NCBI RefSeq assembly: GCF_046119375.1
Contig: NW_027362916.1
Coordinates: 1,736,001-1,800,000, forward strand
Direction of reading: 5' to 3'
Origin: Phyllobates terribilis
Taxonomy: Eukaryota
Length of the DNA stretch: 64,000 nt
A program made the translations under genes and the position numbers. The notes under the pieces were generated by a model. The model saw nothing but the letters and a program-made list of their open reading frames with translations. It had not been told where the DNA came from and searched no databases. Positions 35,221-48,919 of this stretch are shown piece by piece; the first letter of the stretch is position 1; each line of letters starts with the position of its first letter.

Positions 35221-38200
35221 ATGGAGGAGCTGATAAAGCAACTGATGCAGGCAAATATGCATCAGCAGCAAGCTCAGCAGGAGACTAACAAATTGATAGT
35301 ACAACAGTTCCAGCTTCAACAGCAATAGATGCAGCGGAGACAGCTGCAGGAACAGACGACGCTCCTGGCGGAGGCCCTCCGTGCCAGAGAAGTCGCTCCA
35401 CCTCCAGGCCAAAGCGACGAGACCCAGGTGAGGAAAACCTTGAGAGGGGCGTTGCAAAAGATGACTCCGGGGGATGACGTTGAGGCGTTCCTGGCCTTGT
35501 TTGAGAGGGTGGCGGACCGTGAGAGACTACCATCGGAGCAGTGGGCGGAGGATCTTGCACCATATCTGATCGGGGAACCACAGAAGGCGTATTTTGATCT
35601 GGCACTGCAGGACTCTAAAGGAGTATAGCAAGTTTAAAGCTGAGATCCTGGCCCGGCTGGGCATAACCCTGGCAGTCAGAGTACAACGAGTCCACCTCTG
35701 GGACTTCCACAGGGACAAACCTGCTTGGTCACAAATGTTTGATCTTCTGCACCTGGTACAGAAGTGGCTGCAGCTAGAGACTTGTTCCCCAGCCAGATGG
35801 TCGAGAGAGTGGTCATGGATCGGTTTATCCACTCTCTGCCAAAGCCAATTTAGTCCAGTGTTGCCCAGAGAGATCCCCAAAATGCAGACAACCTGGTGGG
35901 CCTAGTAGAGAGGTACCGGGCGGTAGAGGGTTCCTTGGGTGGTCAAGCAGTGGTTAGGTCACCTTTCTGGGGCTCCAAAAGAAGGGGATTAAATCTTCTT
36001 CACTGAGCGTTCGTCCAAAGTCCAAGAGGCAGATGAATCGCAGCTGGGGAATCAGTCCCAATCCATCCTCTGTTGAAGTTGTCATGCCCCTGGCCATCTA
36101 GCTGCTTGGTGGCCCAGGAACTCTGAGCCAATCGACTACAGCGTAGGCCGGCATTGCTCCTACTTTGCCTACCCTGCCTGTAGCGCGGTTCATCAACACG
36201 GCGAGAGCCCTCAGGCGTGCTCAGTGTCCGTGAACGGATGCAAGTGTCTCGACTGCTGGACTCAGGAAGTTTGGTAACCCTGATAAGCGCCAAACTCCCT
36301 CATTGGCTGGTTCCTGGGAAGGTGGTGGGTGTCCGGTGTATCCATGGGGACGCTAAAAAATGTCCTGTTGCCCGGGTAGATGTAAACGCGGACTGTGGCA
36401 CCACAGCTCAGGAAGTGGGGGTCGTTAAAGACTTGTTGCACCTGACAATAATCGGACGGGACTGTGCATTATTCTGGGACGTGGGGGAAAGTGGTGACAC
36501 CGGGTTGCTCAGATGACAGCCAGAACACCCCTGAAGAAACCTCGCCGCAGGCCGTAACCAAAGAGTTTCCCATGTGTGTTTGTGGGCGATGAGGATGGGG
36601 CAGCATCCCTTGACGCCAACATCCCTGAGCTGGAGGTGTCCGAGGGAAACTTTGGAACTGCCCAACTCAGGGATTTAACTCTTAAAGAGACATTTGATAA
36701 TGTGTCTATACTTAACGTTGTTGCTGAAGAGCCGGGGGTGACACCAGATACCCATACTTTGCCGTCAATGGGGACTTGCTATACCAAGTCACCAAGGTGA
36801 GAGGGGAGCTCGTCGAGCAGTTGCTGGTGCCGGGAACATACAATCGTAAGGTATTAGACATGGCCCATGCACATGTGTTAGGTGGTTGCCTGGGGGTAGA
36901 AAAAACACAGGAACGAATCCTCCAGAGGATCTTTTGACCCGATTGTCACCGAGCAATTGTAAATTATTGTAGGTTCTGTCCCACTTGCCAGCTGACCACT
37001 CCGGTGACACGCCTCCAGTGCCGTTACCTATCATTGAGGTGCCCTTTGATCGCATAGCCATGGATCTGCTGGGGCCCCTGGTAAAGTCCGCCAGATGGCA
37101 TCAGTGTATCCTGGTGGTACTCGACTATGCGACATGGTATCCGAAGGCTGTGCCGCTACGTAACTCCTCCAAGTGTATAGCTCGGGAGTTGGTCCATTTT
37201 TTTTCTAGAACGGGGTTACCTAAGGAGATCCTAATGGATCAAGGGACCCCATTTATGTCAAAGGTGATGAGAGAGTAGTGCAAAACTCTGCAAATCACAC
37301 AACTACGGACCTCAGTCTACCTTACACAGACGGATGGCTTGGTGGAAAGGTTCAACAAAACCTTGAAGGCCATGTTAAAGAAGGTCATAGAGAAGGACGG
37401 CCAAGACTGGGACTGCCTACTTCCATACTTTCTCTTCTCCATCAGAGAGGTACCACAGTCCTGTACTGGATTCTCCCCTTTTGAACTGTTGGATGGCTGA
37501 CACCCCCAAGGACTCCTGGATGTGGCAAAGGAGACCTGGGAGGCGGAGTCTATACCCTGCAGGAGTGTAATCGAATACGTGGCCCAAATGCAAGAGAGAA
37601 TTGCCAGGGTGATGCCAATCATGAAAGAGCACCTCCTCCTAGCACAAGAGGCGCAATCTAGGGTGTACAATAGATCGGCACGTGTGAGACACTTCAACCC
37701 TAGGGATCAGGTACTGGTACCTACAGTGGAGAGTGTAACATACCTGGCGGCGTCCTTGCATAGTGGTCCATCTCCCACTGTGCAGGAGCGCGCACTTGAT
37801 CCCCTGTCCAGAATGTCTCTCTGGCTTCCCTCCATGCTGTCTGTTTGTGTCTGTCTTTGCTGCTTAAGGGCGGCGCCCGATCACTTCCTGCTTTTTGTAC
37901 CTGCTGTGGGTCACACCCCTTGTGCGTCCTCAGCCTATTGCTGTCTGTCACTTGGTATATAGCTCAGCAGCTCCCTTCTATCCCGGCCTGTGCAAAGTGT
38001 TTTCCTTCAGTGTGTGCTTGCACTCTGAAGGTGCCAGGTCCCGTCTTTGTTTCCTTGTCTGCCTTTCCTGGAGGCTGTATTTCCAGGCCTGTCTGAACTT
38101 AGTCCTGTATGTCTCCTGCTTTGCGGTATCAGCTCCCGTGTCTGAACTGTGTCCTGTATGTCTCCTGCTTTGCGGTATCAGCTCCCGTGTCTGAACTGTG

Positions 38201-41135
38201 TCCTGTATGTCTCCTGCTTTGCGGTATCAGCTCCCGTGTCTGAACTGAGTCCTGTTTGTCTCCTGCTTTGCGGTATTAGTTCCCGTGTCTGTACTGAGTC
38301 CTTTCTGTGTATCTTGTCTGTCCTGTCTGAACAAGCTCCTAGCCTGTTCCTCCCGCCTTCTAGGGGCCGATTACCTAGACCCGCTCCTGTATCTTGTCTG
38401 TCCTGTCTGAACACGCTCCTAGCCTGTTCCTCCCGCCTTCTAGGGGCCGATTACCTAGACCCGCTCCTGTATCTTGTCTGTCCTGTCTGAACACGCTCCT
38501 AGCCTGTTCCTCCCGCCTTCTAGGGGCCGTTTACCTAGACCCGCTCTTGTATCTTGTCTGTCCTGTCTGAACACGCTCCTTGCCTGTTCGTTCCGCCTCT
38601 CTGGGGGCAGTATTCCCAGACCCGCTCCTGTATCCCGCTGCAGTGTCGGTCTCCTTCGTACACTCAGTTCCAGTCTGAACTCTCTCCTATCCCTTACCTG
38701 TTTTGCCTCTATGTCTGTTCCCTTCCTTTTTCTGCAGAGTCTGAACTCGTACCTAACTCCTGCCTGTTGTCTCTGTACTCCCATTTGTGAGTTTGTGGTC
38801 CACTCGCTACTTCACTGCAAGTACCCTGTGGGTGTCTGGCTCTGTCTTTCCCTTCCTGTCTGTTCCGTGTGAACAGAGTCCTGTCCTGCCCTGCTTCTGC
38901 CCGCTGCTCCGGCAGTCCTGTCCTGCCCTGCTTCTGCCCGCTGCTCCGGCAGTCCTGTCCTGCCCTGCTTCTGCCCGCTGCTCCGGCAGTCCTGTCCTGC
39001 CCTGCTTCTGCCCGCTGCTCCGGCAGTCCTGTCCTGCCCTGCTTCTGCCCGCTGCTCCGGCAGTCCTGTCCTGCCCTGCCTGTACCCCTCTGCCTGTAAT
39101 GTTCCTGAGTCCCAGTGTGTACTGGGCCCTATCCTGCCTGTATTGTTCCTGAGTCCCGGTGTGTACTGGGTTCTATCCCGCCTGTGTTCCTACCTGCTAG
39201 TGCCTCCCTGTCTGCACTCTAGCTGTGCTTGCCTTTACCTCCCTGCCTGCATACCCGCCTGCCTGCATACCAGTCGTGCCTGCCTATACCCTCCAGTCTG
39301 TGTGCCAGCCTACCAGCCTGTTCCTGTATTCCCCTGTGTGGGTCAACAGCCGTGTCCGGGGTCTGTCCTGGAGTAGCACCTGGTCCCTCTGCTCGGTTCC
39401 TCCTTGGTGCACTGGCGTCGTATGCCGTCGTGCGACCCTGGTCGGATCGGGTGAATACTTAGTCACGCCCCTCCAGGCATACACTCTCCGGCACGGTCCA
39501 GTGGAATCACTACCAATCACACGCACACGCCGCTTTGCCCGGGCGTGTGCATAACAGAGAGCAAATTCCTGGCGAAATGGCAGGGCCCCTACGAAATAGA
39601 TGAAAAGGTTGGTGAGGTCAACTATAAACTCCACCAGCCAGAGAGAAGGAAGCCCTACCAGGTGTACCACGTCAACTTGATTAAGCCATAGCGAGATAGG
39701 GAACCCGTGGAAGCTTCGTGTTTAGTGGCTGAGCCTGACGCTGATGTGAAAGAGGTCAAGGTGGCAGAGTCACTGTCACGTGCCCAAAAGCAACAGTGCA
39801 CAGAGTTGCTACAGCGAAATAAAGACCTGTTTTCGGAGTTGCCAGGACTCACTCAGGCCATAGAGCATGAAGTACTCACAGAGCCTCATGTTCGTGTCAA
39901 CCTAAAACCATATCGGAGCCCAGAGGCCTGCAGAGAGGTGATCTCGAAAGAGGTGAAGCGGATCCTGAACCTGGGAGTCATTGAGGAGTCCAAGAGTGGC
40001 TGGTCCAGTCCTATAGTCTTAGTGCCGAAACCAGATGGAGAATCACGGTTTTGCAACGACTATAGGAAGCTGAACGAGGTCTTGAAGTTCGACGCCTACC
40101 CAATGCCTAGGTTAGCTGAGCTTATTGAAAGGCTAGGACCCGCTCGGTACATCACCACCCTGGACCTCACCAAAGGATATTGGCAAATTCCCCTGCCCAA
40201 AGAAGCCAAGGAGAAGATTGCCTTCTCGATGCCAGACGGATGTTATCAATACATCAGGATGGTGTTTGGGTTGCAGGGAGCTCCGGCCACCTTCCAGAGA
40301 GCCATGGACTGGATCTTAGCACCCTGCAAAAAGTATGCAGCGGCCTACCTAGATGACATCATCATATTCAGCCAGGACTGGGAAAGTATTCTTGGAAAAG
40401 TTCAAGCCATACTTGACGCCCTAAGGAAGGCGGGCTTTACCATCAACTCGAAGAAATGTGCCATGGAGATTGAGGAAGCAAAGTATCAGGGCTACGTGGT
40501 TGGTAGAGGGGAAATAAAACCACAAATAAATAAGGTCGAGGCAATCCTGAACTGGCCACAATCCCTCTCGAAGAAGCAGGTCAGGGCATTTCTAGGCATC
40601 GTGGGCTACTATCGAAGATTTGTCCCTAACTTTGCCCTGATAGCAGATGGATCTGCTGAAAGGGACGAAGTCAGCTATGGCCAAGTGGTCCACGGAAGCT
40701 GAAGTGGCCTTCCAGGAATTGAGACTGGCCCTCTGTAAACAGCCAGTCTTGGTGGCGCTCAACTTCTCCAAAGAGTTTGTGGTTCAGATGGATGCATCGG
40801 ATGTCGGGCTGGGAGCAGTCTTGTCCCAGGAGATTAACAGAGACGAACACCCTCTAATGTACCTCAGTCGGAAACTGTCCACATGCGACAAGAACTACTC
40901 TATAGTGGAAAAAGAATGTTTAGCCATCAAGTGGGCATTGGACACTCTCAGATATTGCCTGTTAGGTAGAAGGTTCAGGTTAGTGTCGGACCATGCCCCA
41001 CTGCGGTGAATGCGAGAACAGAAGGGGAACAATGCCCGAGTAACTAGATGATTCCTAGCCCTACAAGATTTTAGTTTCCAGGTAGAGCATAGGCCTGGGA
41101 AACAACATGGGAATGCTGATGCCCTGTCAAGGGTC
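35221..41135 (+). pseudogene. gag-pol remnant of Gmr1-type element 2, interrupted by the solo LTR
   Basis: The RT ORF at 39707-40702 and the RNase H ORF at 40647-41009 lie downstream of integrase fragments at about 36800-37733. Confidence 0.85.
37734..39556 (+). mobile_element. Solo LTR with several internal tandem repeats
   Basis: TGTAACA...ATAACA with a perfect 5-bp TSD GAGAG (37729-37733 / 39557-39561). Removing it restores PTVES|KFLAKWQGPY. Confidence 0.9.
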
Positions 41136-41189
41136 TGTTGTATGGTGGCAGAAGGTGCCAAGGCCCCCGCTTTGGGCAGAAGAGGGGTA

Positions 41190-41706
41190 TGTAAGGTTGC
41201 TACCGGACAGGTCGTGGACGGGAGGTATGTGTCCCCGAATTACCAAGCTTCGGTGATGTAGGACCCGAAAAAGCAGGCTCCAGCACCCATAGTGCTGAGA
41301 GGGAGTTAATGGGCCCGGATTAAAGGGCCGGGTTTTACGAGCAGCTAAAAAAGCTGGGGGAGGGGATCAGCTGCTCACTTACCTCCAGTCCAGGTCTTGG
41401 AAGGCCTGATTTAAGACAGCTGCGCCTGTCTCAGTGTGTTATGCAAGGTGAGCAGACCTTGCATGTGCTGCCCAGAGTCTTCTGGAGGCACAGAAAAGCA
41501 CTACATTTAAACGTCTGAAGCCGTGCTGCATATGGACTGGTTATTTTGAGTTTTATCCTGTTATACCTTTTTGTGCCAAAAAAAGCCTGTTATGTTTTGT
41601 TTTCCTGGTTGGTTTATGGACATTTAATAAACCACCAGTTTGTTTTGGAACCTGCAGGCTGCATTCCTGTGTGAAACTGCGCCTACCCAATAGCTGATCC
41701 TTCACA
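41190..41706 (+). repeat. 3' LTR of Gmr1-type element 2
   Basis: Follows the PPT and ends TTCACA. Confidence 0.9.
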
Positions 41707-42112
41707 GCATGTACAAGGGGTACGAAGCGGAGCCGTGCATGTACAAGGCGTACGCAGCAGAGCTTTACGTGTACGAGGTGTACAGAGTGGAGCCGTGCGT
41801 GTACGAGGTGTATGAAGTGGAGCCGTGTGTTGTGGTGTTTACAAGGCGTTCTTTATATTCCATTTAAAGCCTGGCAGTTGTGTGTTGTTCCAAACTATTC
41901 ACACTTGGTGGCTCACCTACTGTACTCACCCATCCCTTGTAGATTGTGAGCCCTCGCCAGCAGGGTTCTCTCTCCTCCTGTACCAGTCGGTGATTAATTT
42001 TTGTTCAAATTATTGTACTCATTGTTTGCTATGTATACCCTTTTACACATGTAAAGCACCAAGGAATTAGTGGCTCTATAATAATAAATAATAATAATTA
42101 TACTCCGTTTAA

Positions 42113-43270
42113 CCCCTTAAGGACCGAGCCACTTTGTAGGTTAGTGACCAGGCCATTTTTTTTCAATTCTGACCATTGTCACTTTATGAGGTAATAATTC
42201 TGGAACGCTTCAACGGATCCCCCTGATTCTGAGACTGTTTTTTTTTGTGACATGTACTTCACAACATTGGTAAAATTTCTTTGACATGACTTGCGTTGAT
42301 TTGTGAAAAAAAAATGGAAATTTGGCGAAAATGTTGAAAATGTCACAATTTTCAAACTTTGAATTCCTATGCCTTTAAATCAGAGAGATATTTCACAAAA
42401 AATAGTTAATAAATAACATTTCCCACATGTCTACTTTATATCAGTACAAGTTTGGAACCAAATTTTTTTTTTATTAGGTAGCTATAAGGGTTAAAAGTTG
42501 ACCAGCGATTTTTCATTTTTCCAACAAAATTTACAAAACCATTTTTTTAGGGACCACATCACATTTGAAGCGACTTTGAGGGGTCTATATGACAGAAAAT
42601 ACCCAAAAGTGACACCATTCTAAAAACTGCACCCCCCAAGGTCCTCAAAACAACATTCATGAAGTTTATAAGTCCTTCAGGGGCTTCACAGGAACTAATG
42701 GAATGTGAATGGAAAAAAATGAACATTTTATTTTTTTACCACAAAAATTTTCCTTTTGTCCAAAATTTTGCATTTTCACAAATCTAACATGAGAAAATGG
42801 ACCATGCAATTTGTTGTGCAATTACTCCTGAATACGCTGGTATCTCATATGAGGTGGAAGACCATTCGACTTTTGCAACAAAAAATTGGCTGGAATCGGT
42901 AGTGGACGCCATGTTGCATTTCAAGAGCCCCTGATGTGCCTAAGCAGTGGAAACCCCCACAAGTGACCCCATTTTGGAAACTAGACACCTCATGGAATTT
43001 ATCAAGATATGTGGTGAGCACCTTGAACCCACAAGTGCTTCACAGAAGTTTATGACGTTGAGCTGAGAAAATAAAAAAATCTTATTTTTACCACAAAACT
43101 TCTGTTTTATGCCCAAATTTAGCATTTTCAGAATAATAAAAAGAGAAAATGCACCATACCATTTGTTGTGCAATTTCTCCTGAATACGCTGATACCTCAT
43201 ATGTGGTGGAAAGCTAGTGTTTGGGGGCTCGGAAGGAAAGGAACACCATTCGACTTTTGGAATGCAAAAT
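42113..43270. mobile_element. Truncated piggyBac-like element (left end), related to 5390-8566
   Basis: TTAA|CCCCTTAA start, about 1.1 kb collinear with the other copies. No right end was found. Confidence 0.75.
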
Positions 43271-43964
43271 TGGCTGGAATCGTTATTGGAGGATGAGGTT
43301 GCTTTATTATTTTTCTTTTATTGCAGGAGATCGTTGGCTTCAGCTGGAATGGGCGTGATGGTAAGTATGGTTTAATTTAGAACAATAAAGAATTGTGTCT
43401 TTATTTCAATTAAAGGACTTTATTCTGGGTGTTTGTGTTTTTTTTTTAACTTTGACTATGGGGTTAGTAATGGGGGTGTCTTATAGACGCCTCTCCATTA
43501 CTAACCTGGGCTTGATGTCAGCTGGCATTATAAGCTGACATCAACCCCAACCCTATTACCCCCTGCCACCGCACCAGGGCAGCGTGGAAGAGCGAGGCTA
43601 AGTGCCAGAATTGGCGCATCCTATGGATGCGCCATTTCTGGGGCGGCTGACGGCTGGTGTTTCTAGCCTGGGAGGGGGCCAATATTCATGGCTCCCTTCC
43701 TGGGCTATTAATATCAGCCCCCAGCTGTCTGCCTAGCCTTTTCTAGCTATTAAATTAGGGGGGACCCCACGTCATTTTTTTTTGGGGGGGTCCTCCATTT
43801 TAATAGCTAGTAAAGGCTAGGTATTCAGCTGGGGGCTGATATTAGTAGCCTGGGAAGCTCCGTGGGTATTACCCCCTTCCCAGGCTTCAAACATCTGCCC
43901 CAGCTGTCTGCTTAACCTCCGCTAGAGACTAAAATTACGGGGAACCCCACGCCAATTTTTTTTA

Positions 43965-44750
43965 ATAATAAATCCTTTATTTTAATACTAAATGACAAGT
44001 ACAGTAACCAACACTATCACTGTACTTATTATATATGTGACTGACATGTTTCTATCTATCTAATCTATGTGTGAAGCTCTATTCTGTCTGTTATAAATTG
44101 TCGGGTACCGCTGCTGAATTGCCGGCCGGCTTTTTTAAAGAGACGGTGCATGAAAACACTATTATTTTTTTTGATAAATCCTTTACACTAAATGACAATT
44201 ACAGTAAGCAACACTGCCACTGTACTTCGTATATATGTGGCTGACATGTTTCTATCTATCTAATCTATGTGTGATTCTCTATTCCTTCTATTCTAAATTG
44301 TCGGGTACAGATGCTGAATTGCCAGCCGGCTTTTTTAAAGAGACGGTGCATGAAAACACTATTATTTTTTTTAATAAATCCTTTGCAGTAAATGACAAGT
44401 ACAGTAAGCAACACTGTCACAGTACTTCATATATATGTGACTGACATGTTTCTATCTATCTAATCTATGTGTGAAGCTCTATTCTGTCTGTTATAAATTG
44501 TCGGGTACCGCTGCTGAATTGCCAGCCGGCTTTTTTAAAGAGACGGTGCACGAAAACACTATTATATTTTTTAATAAATCCTTTACACTAAATGACAAGT
44601 ACAGTAAGCAACACTGTCACTGTACTTCATATATATGTGACTGACATGTTTCTATCTATCTAATCTATGTGTGATGCTCTATTCCTTCATGTCTAAATTG
44701 TCGGGTACCGGTGTATGCCGCTGCTGAATTGCCGGCCGGCTTTTTTAAAG
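43965..44750 (+). repeat. Tandem repeat with a 200-bp period, nearly 4 units
   Basis: AATGACAA(G/T)TACAGTAA recurs at 43991, 44191, 44391 and 44591. Confidence 0.9.
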
Positions 44751-44868
44751 AAAGCGTCTTCTGAGCAGTTTGTGAGCTTTTGGACACCTTTGAAGGTGTT
44801 TTCTATGTGTTCCTATGTGTTTTTTTTGCCTGCCATTGGTTTTAACGGTGTTCGACGGTGTTCTAAGG

Positions 44869-45054
44869 CAGGGTTCCCCAACTCCAGTCCTCAAGGCCCA
44901 CCAACAGGTCATGTTTTCAGGATTTCCTTAGTATTACACAGGTGATAATTGCATCACCTGCACAGGCAATAATTCCATCACCTGTGCAATACTAAGGAAA
45001 TCCTGAAAACATGACCTGTTGGTGGGCCTTGAGGACTGGAGTTGGGGAACCCTG
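44869..45054. mobile_element. Palindromic hAT-type MITE (186 bp)
   Basis: Near-perfect hairpin CAGGGTTCCCC...GGGGAACCCTG with an 8-bp TSD TTCTAAGG. Confidence 0.92.
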
Positions 45055-45145
45055 TTCTAAGGTGTTCGACGAACAGTTCCTCGAACATCCCGGTGTTCGA
45101 CGAACCGAACCGAACCCGAACACTACGGGGGTGGCTCAACACTAA

Positions 45146-45322
45146 TCAGGAGTGCAGCAGGCAGAGTCTGTATCAGGAGTGCAGCAGGCAGAGTCTGTAT
45201 CAGGAGTGCAGCAGGCAGAGTCTGTATCAGGAGTGCAGCAGGCAGAGTCTGTATCAGGAGTGCAGCAGGCAGAGTCTGTATCAGGAGTGCAGCAGGCAGA
45301 GTCTGTATCAGGAGTGCAGCAA
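45146..45322 (+). repeat. 27-bp tandem repeat, about 6.5 units
   Basis: Unit CAGGAGTGCAGCAGGCAGAGTCTGTAT. Confidence 0.95.
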
Positions 45323-48300
45323 GGACTAGTACGCAACCTTACACAACTTAGACTGCAGAACAGCAAGGTTCCACTAGAGCTAACTAAATAGATGGAGACC
45401 CAATCAGGATTCCCCACATTTAAAAAAAAATTAGTGGCAGACGCCAGCAAAGTGGCATCAATTTCACTACTGTAGAAATAGTGTAAATAAGACCCACGCC
45501 TCTTCCAGTACAGCCAACCACAAAGATGCAGACCTAACCAGGAGTGTTCACATTGCCCTCCCTAACACCACCGAAGTGGCAAAAATGTCATCAGACTACA
45601 AGTAGTTTAACGCAGACCCATACCTGTCCCACTACAGCCACCCCAGGAGATGCAGACTCAATCGGAAGTATTTACATGTAAAAAATAGGGCCTAAGACCA
45701 CCATTTCCATGGCCAACAGATTGGAGATGGTGGAGTTCAACCTCTTAGCTTTGTCATGTGTAGGATGAAAATCTTTTACGTGACCACAACAGCGGGATTG
45801 AGGGCTGAGAGAGGGCAGAGTATGGTGAAATAGACAAACCGATAGACCATGAGTGAGGTGCAGATGTTAAGGTGGATTGAGAAACGTGTGGTGTGCTCAG
45901 AGAAACAAACACAGCAGGTATGTCCGCTTCACTTACAGCTGACGGGCTGTCACTCAGCCTAACTGCAGCGGGTATACAGCTGGTTCTGTCGGACACCTGC
46001 GTGACACAATTTGGCACGGTAACAGAGGAGGAGGAAGAAGCAGCAGAGGTGTTTGATGGGGCGGCTGATGGTTGTTTATTGAAAATCAATTTCGAGTTTA
46101 TCATGTTTGTGTACCCATTTGAGGAGAATAATATCTGCACCAAATGCTCAATTTCACTACAGTATAACTATAGAAATGCATGGAGACCAAAACCTCTTCC
46201 ACTACAGTCAAGCCAATGGATGGAGACCCATTTTGGATTCCCCACATTTCCAAAAATTAGCGGCAGACGCCAGCAAAAGTGTAATCAATTTCACTACAGT
46301 AGAAAGAGTGTAAATGAGACCCAGATCTCTTCCAGTACAGACAACCCAAGAGATGGAGACTTAACCAGGAGTGTTCACATTGCCATAAATGAGGGCCTAA
46401 GAAACACCACCGAAGTGGCATCAATTTCACTAGAGTATAAGTATTGCAAAGGAGGCCTAAACCAGTTCCACTACAGCCAATACAATAGATGGAGACCCAA
46501 TCAGGATTCCCCACATTTAAAAAAATTGTGGCAGACGCCAGCAAAGTGGCATCAATTTCACTACTGTACAAATAGTGTAAATAAGACCCACACCTCTTCC
46601 AGTACAGCCAACCCAGGAGATGGAGACCTAACCAGGAGTGTTCACATTGCCCTAAATGTGGGCCTAACACCACCGAAGTGGCATCAATGTCATCAGACTA
46701 CATGTAGTTTAACACAGACCCAAACATGTCCCACTACAGCCAACCCAATGGATGAAGACACAATCAGAATTCTCCACATTTCCCAAAATTAGGGCCTAAA
46801 ACCTGCAGCAGCAGCAAGAGCAGGCACAGAAGCCATATCACAGACTGCAATTTCAAGAGATCAATACAGCACACTCAAAACAACATCGCCTACTCTGTAC
46901 AGTCTGCAATTGGGGTGCAAAAGACCTTGGAGATCCATGACTTGTTCATCTTGGTGAAAGTTAGGCAGTCTACACTTTCAGGGGACAGCCAGGTACACTT
47001 ATCCGTCAAGACACTACAAGCAGCACTGAAGACAGGTTCAGAGAGAATGATGGCTGCCGGGCATGATAAAACTTCTAAGGTGTGAGAGGCGAGCTCAGGC
47101 CATTCATCCATTTTTGAAGACCAAAATGTAAAAGGGTCCAAACCCTCCCTGATGGTATTGATATTGAACTCTAGATACTCTTGCACCATCCTCTCCAGTC
47201 GTTCACCACGTGTCAGACTTGTACTCTGTTGTGCAAAAAGTATGTGAAAGGATTCACAGAAATTGCTTCTGCCACTTACTATGCTGCTACTAATGTTTTG
47301 GCATTGACGAACTGACGTGCTGGAGGTTGAAAGACTACAGCTGCGATACACACTGTGTGTCTCACTGTTATCTTGGGGAAAACCTCTATTAAGGTTGCTT
47401 AAAAGCTTGTTTCGATACCCCAACATAAGCGGGTCCCTCTCCAGAGCGGGAGGCATCTGGCAAAATTGACTCTTTTAACGTGGATCTAACAGAGTGGCAA
47501 TATTTAGTATTATTTTGAATCCTAACTATACGGGGATCATGTTGCAGATAGAGCATCAAAAAAGCACTCATAAGTCGGGCTCTTCCAGTAGATCCAAAGC
47601 CAGGCTGTATTGTGGGCTGCATAACGCTGATGCTTGTTTCCTCCATTCCCTCCTGCAAACCACATTCAAATGAGAGGGGGTGATTATCCTCTTCATCCTC
47701 TGAAAGCTGCTCACCCATCACCTCTTCCTCCTCCATTAGTTCCTCGGCTCTTGCACCTTCACTAACAGTTTTCCTGGTATCACCAAACCCCCTTGATCGC
47801 TATAATCCACCGTCACTTGGCATCCACCTGTGTGACGACAGTCTGGAAATTTGAGACATTGGTATCCCTTCCGCACCCTCCTCTTCTTCTGGGGCCACCA
47901 CCTCCTGCCGCAGGTTATTCAAAGTTTGCTCCAGCATGTATATGACCGGAATAGTGAAGCTGATGATGGCATAGTCTGTGCTAACCAGTTTAGTAGCCAT
48001 TTCAAAACCATGCAGAAGGGCGCAGAGGTCCTTAATCTGTTCCCACTGCTCAAACGTGATATGCTCCAAGTCCGTACTGCGTTGCCGCGAGCTATATGTC
48101 ATGACATACTGCATCAGAGCTCGTTGCTGCTGGCATAGTCGCTGCAACATGTGCAGAGTGGAATTCCACCACGTCGGCACATCGCAGATCAACCTGTCAA
48201 CTGGCACAGACAAACACCTCTGTATCGATGCAAGTCGATGACATGAGGGGTGCAAAAGGTGGAAGTGAGCACACAGCTTCTGTACTTTGTGAAGCAGCTC

Positions 48301-48919
48301 ATCCAGGCCAGGATAGTGGCGGAGAAATCGCTGTACCACCAGGTTGAGGACGTCAGCCATGCAAGGCACGTGTGCGAGCTTGCCTCAGCCTAGGGCCGCT
48401 AACAGGTTCGCACCGTAATCGCACATGGCCTTCCCTGGCTCTAGATTCAGCGGAGACAGCCATTGCTCAAACTGAGCCTGGAGAGCTGCCCACAACTCTT
48501 CACCTGTATGCAGGGGCGGAACTACCGCCCGTGCAGCCGGTTCATTGAACGGGGGCCCCGAGGGAGAGGGGGCCCCTCCAGCCTTCAGCAGGGCCGCCAT
48601 CAGGGCATGACTGCCCTGACTCTAGTATGGGGCCCGGCCGGTAGGGGCCCCCTCGGGGGCCCCCCTCTTGTGCGTCTCTCTCCTCATGGGGCCCCCGGCC
48701 CCATGCTATGCGCCGGGTCCGGGACATTTCAGCGCTGAGCTGCGCTGTTGCAGCAGCGCCTTCATGATTCCCCTGACTTCCGGTCATGTGACGGTGCCGT
48801 CACATGGCCGGAAGTCAGGAGAACCTGCTGTCAGCGATTTGGACGAGCGCCAGGATTCTGCAGGGATCGCATGGGGGTAAGTATAACAAGTTTTGTTTTT
48901 TTTTAAAATACAATTAACT

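Larger units (their letters stand above)
34623..41706 (+). mobile_element. Gmr1-type Gypsy LTR retrotransposon no. 2 (SCAN-like gag, PR-INT-RT-RH), decayed
   Basis: LTRs at 34623-35113 and 41190-41706, a PBS, and PPT AGAAGAGGGG. Motifs: LLDSGS, PFDRIAMDLLGP, RFCNDYRKLN, YLDDIII, MDASDVGLGAVLSQ. No clean TSD. Confidence 0.92.

Noticed and set aside
43965-44750. CRISPR-like appearance of regular repeats
   Set aside because: The whole 200-bp unit repeats with no unique spacers, there are no cas genes, and the context is eukaryotic.
45893-46792. 299-aa plus-strand ORF
   Set aside because: It crosses imperfect subterminal repeats of the hAT, has no recognisable domain and shows no splice support.
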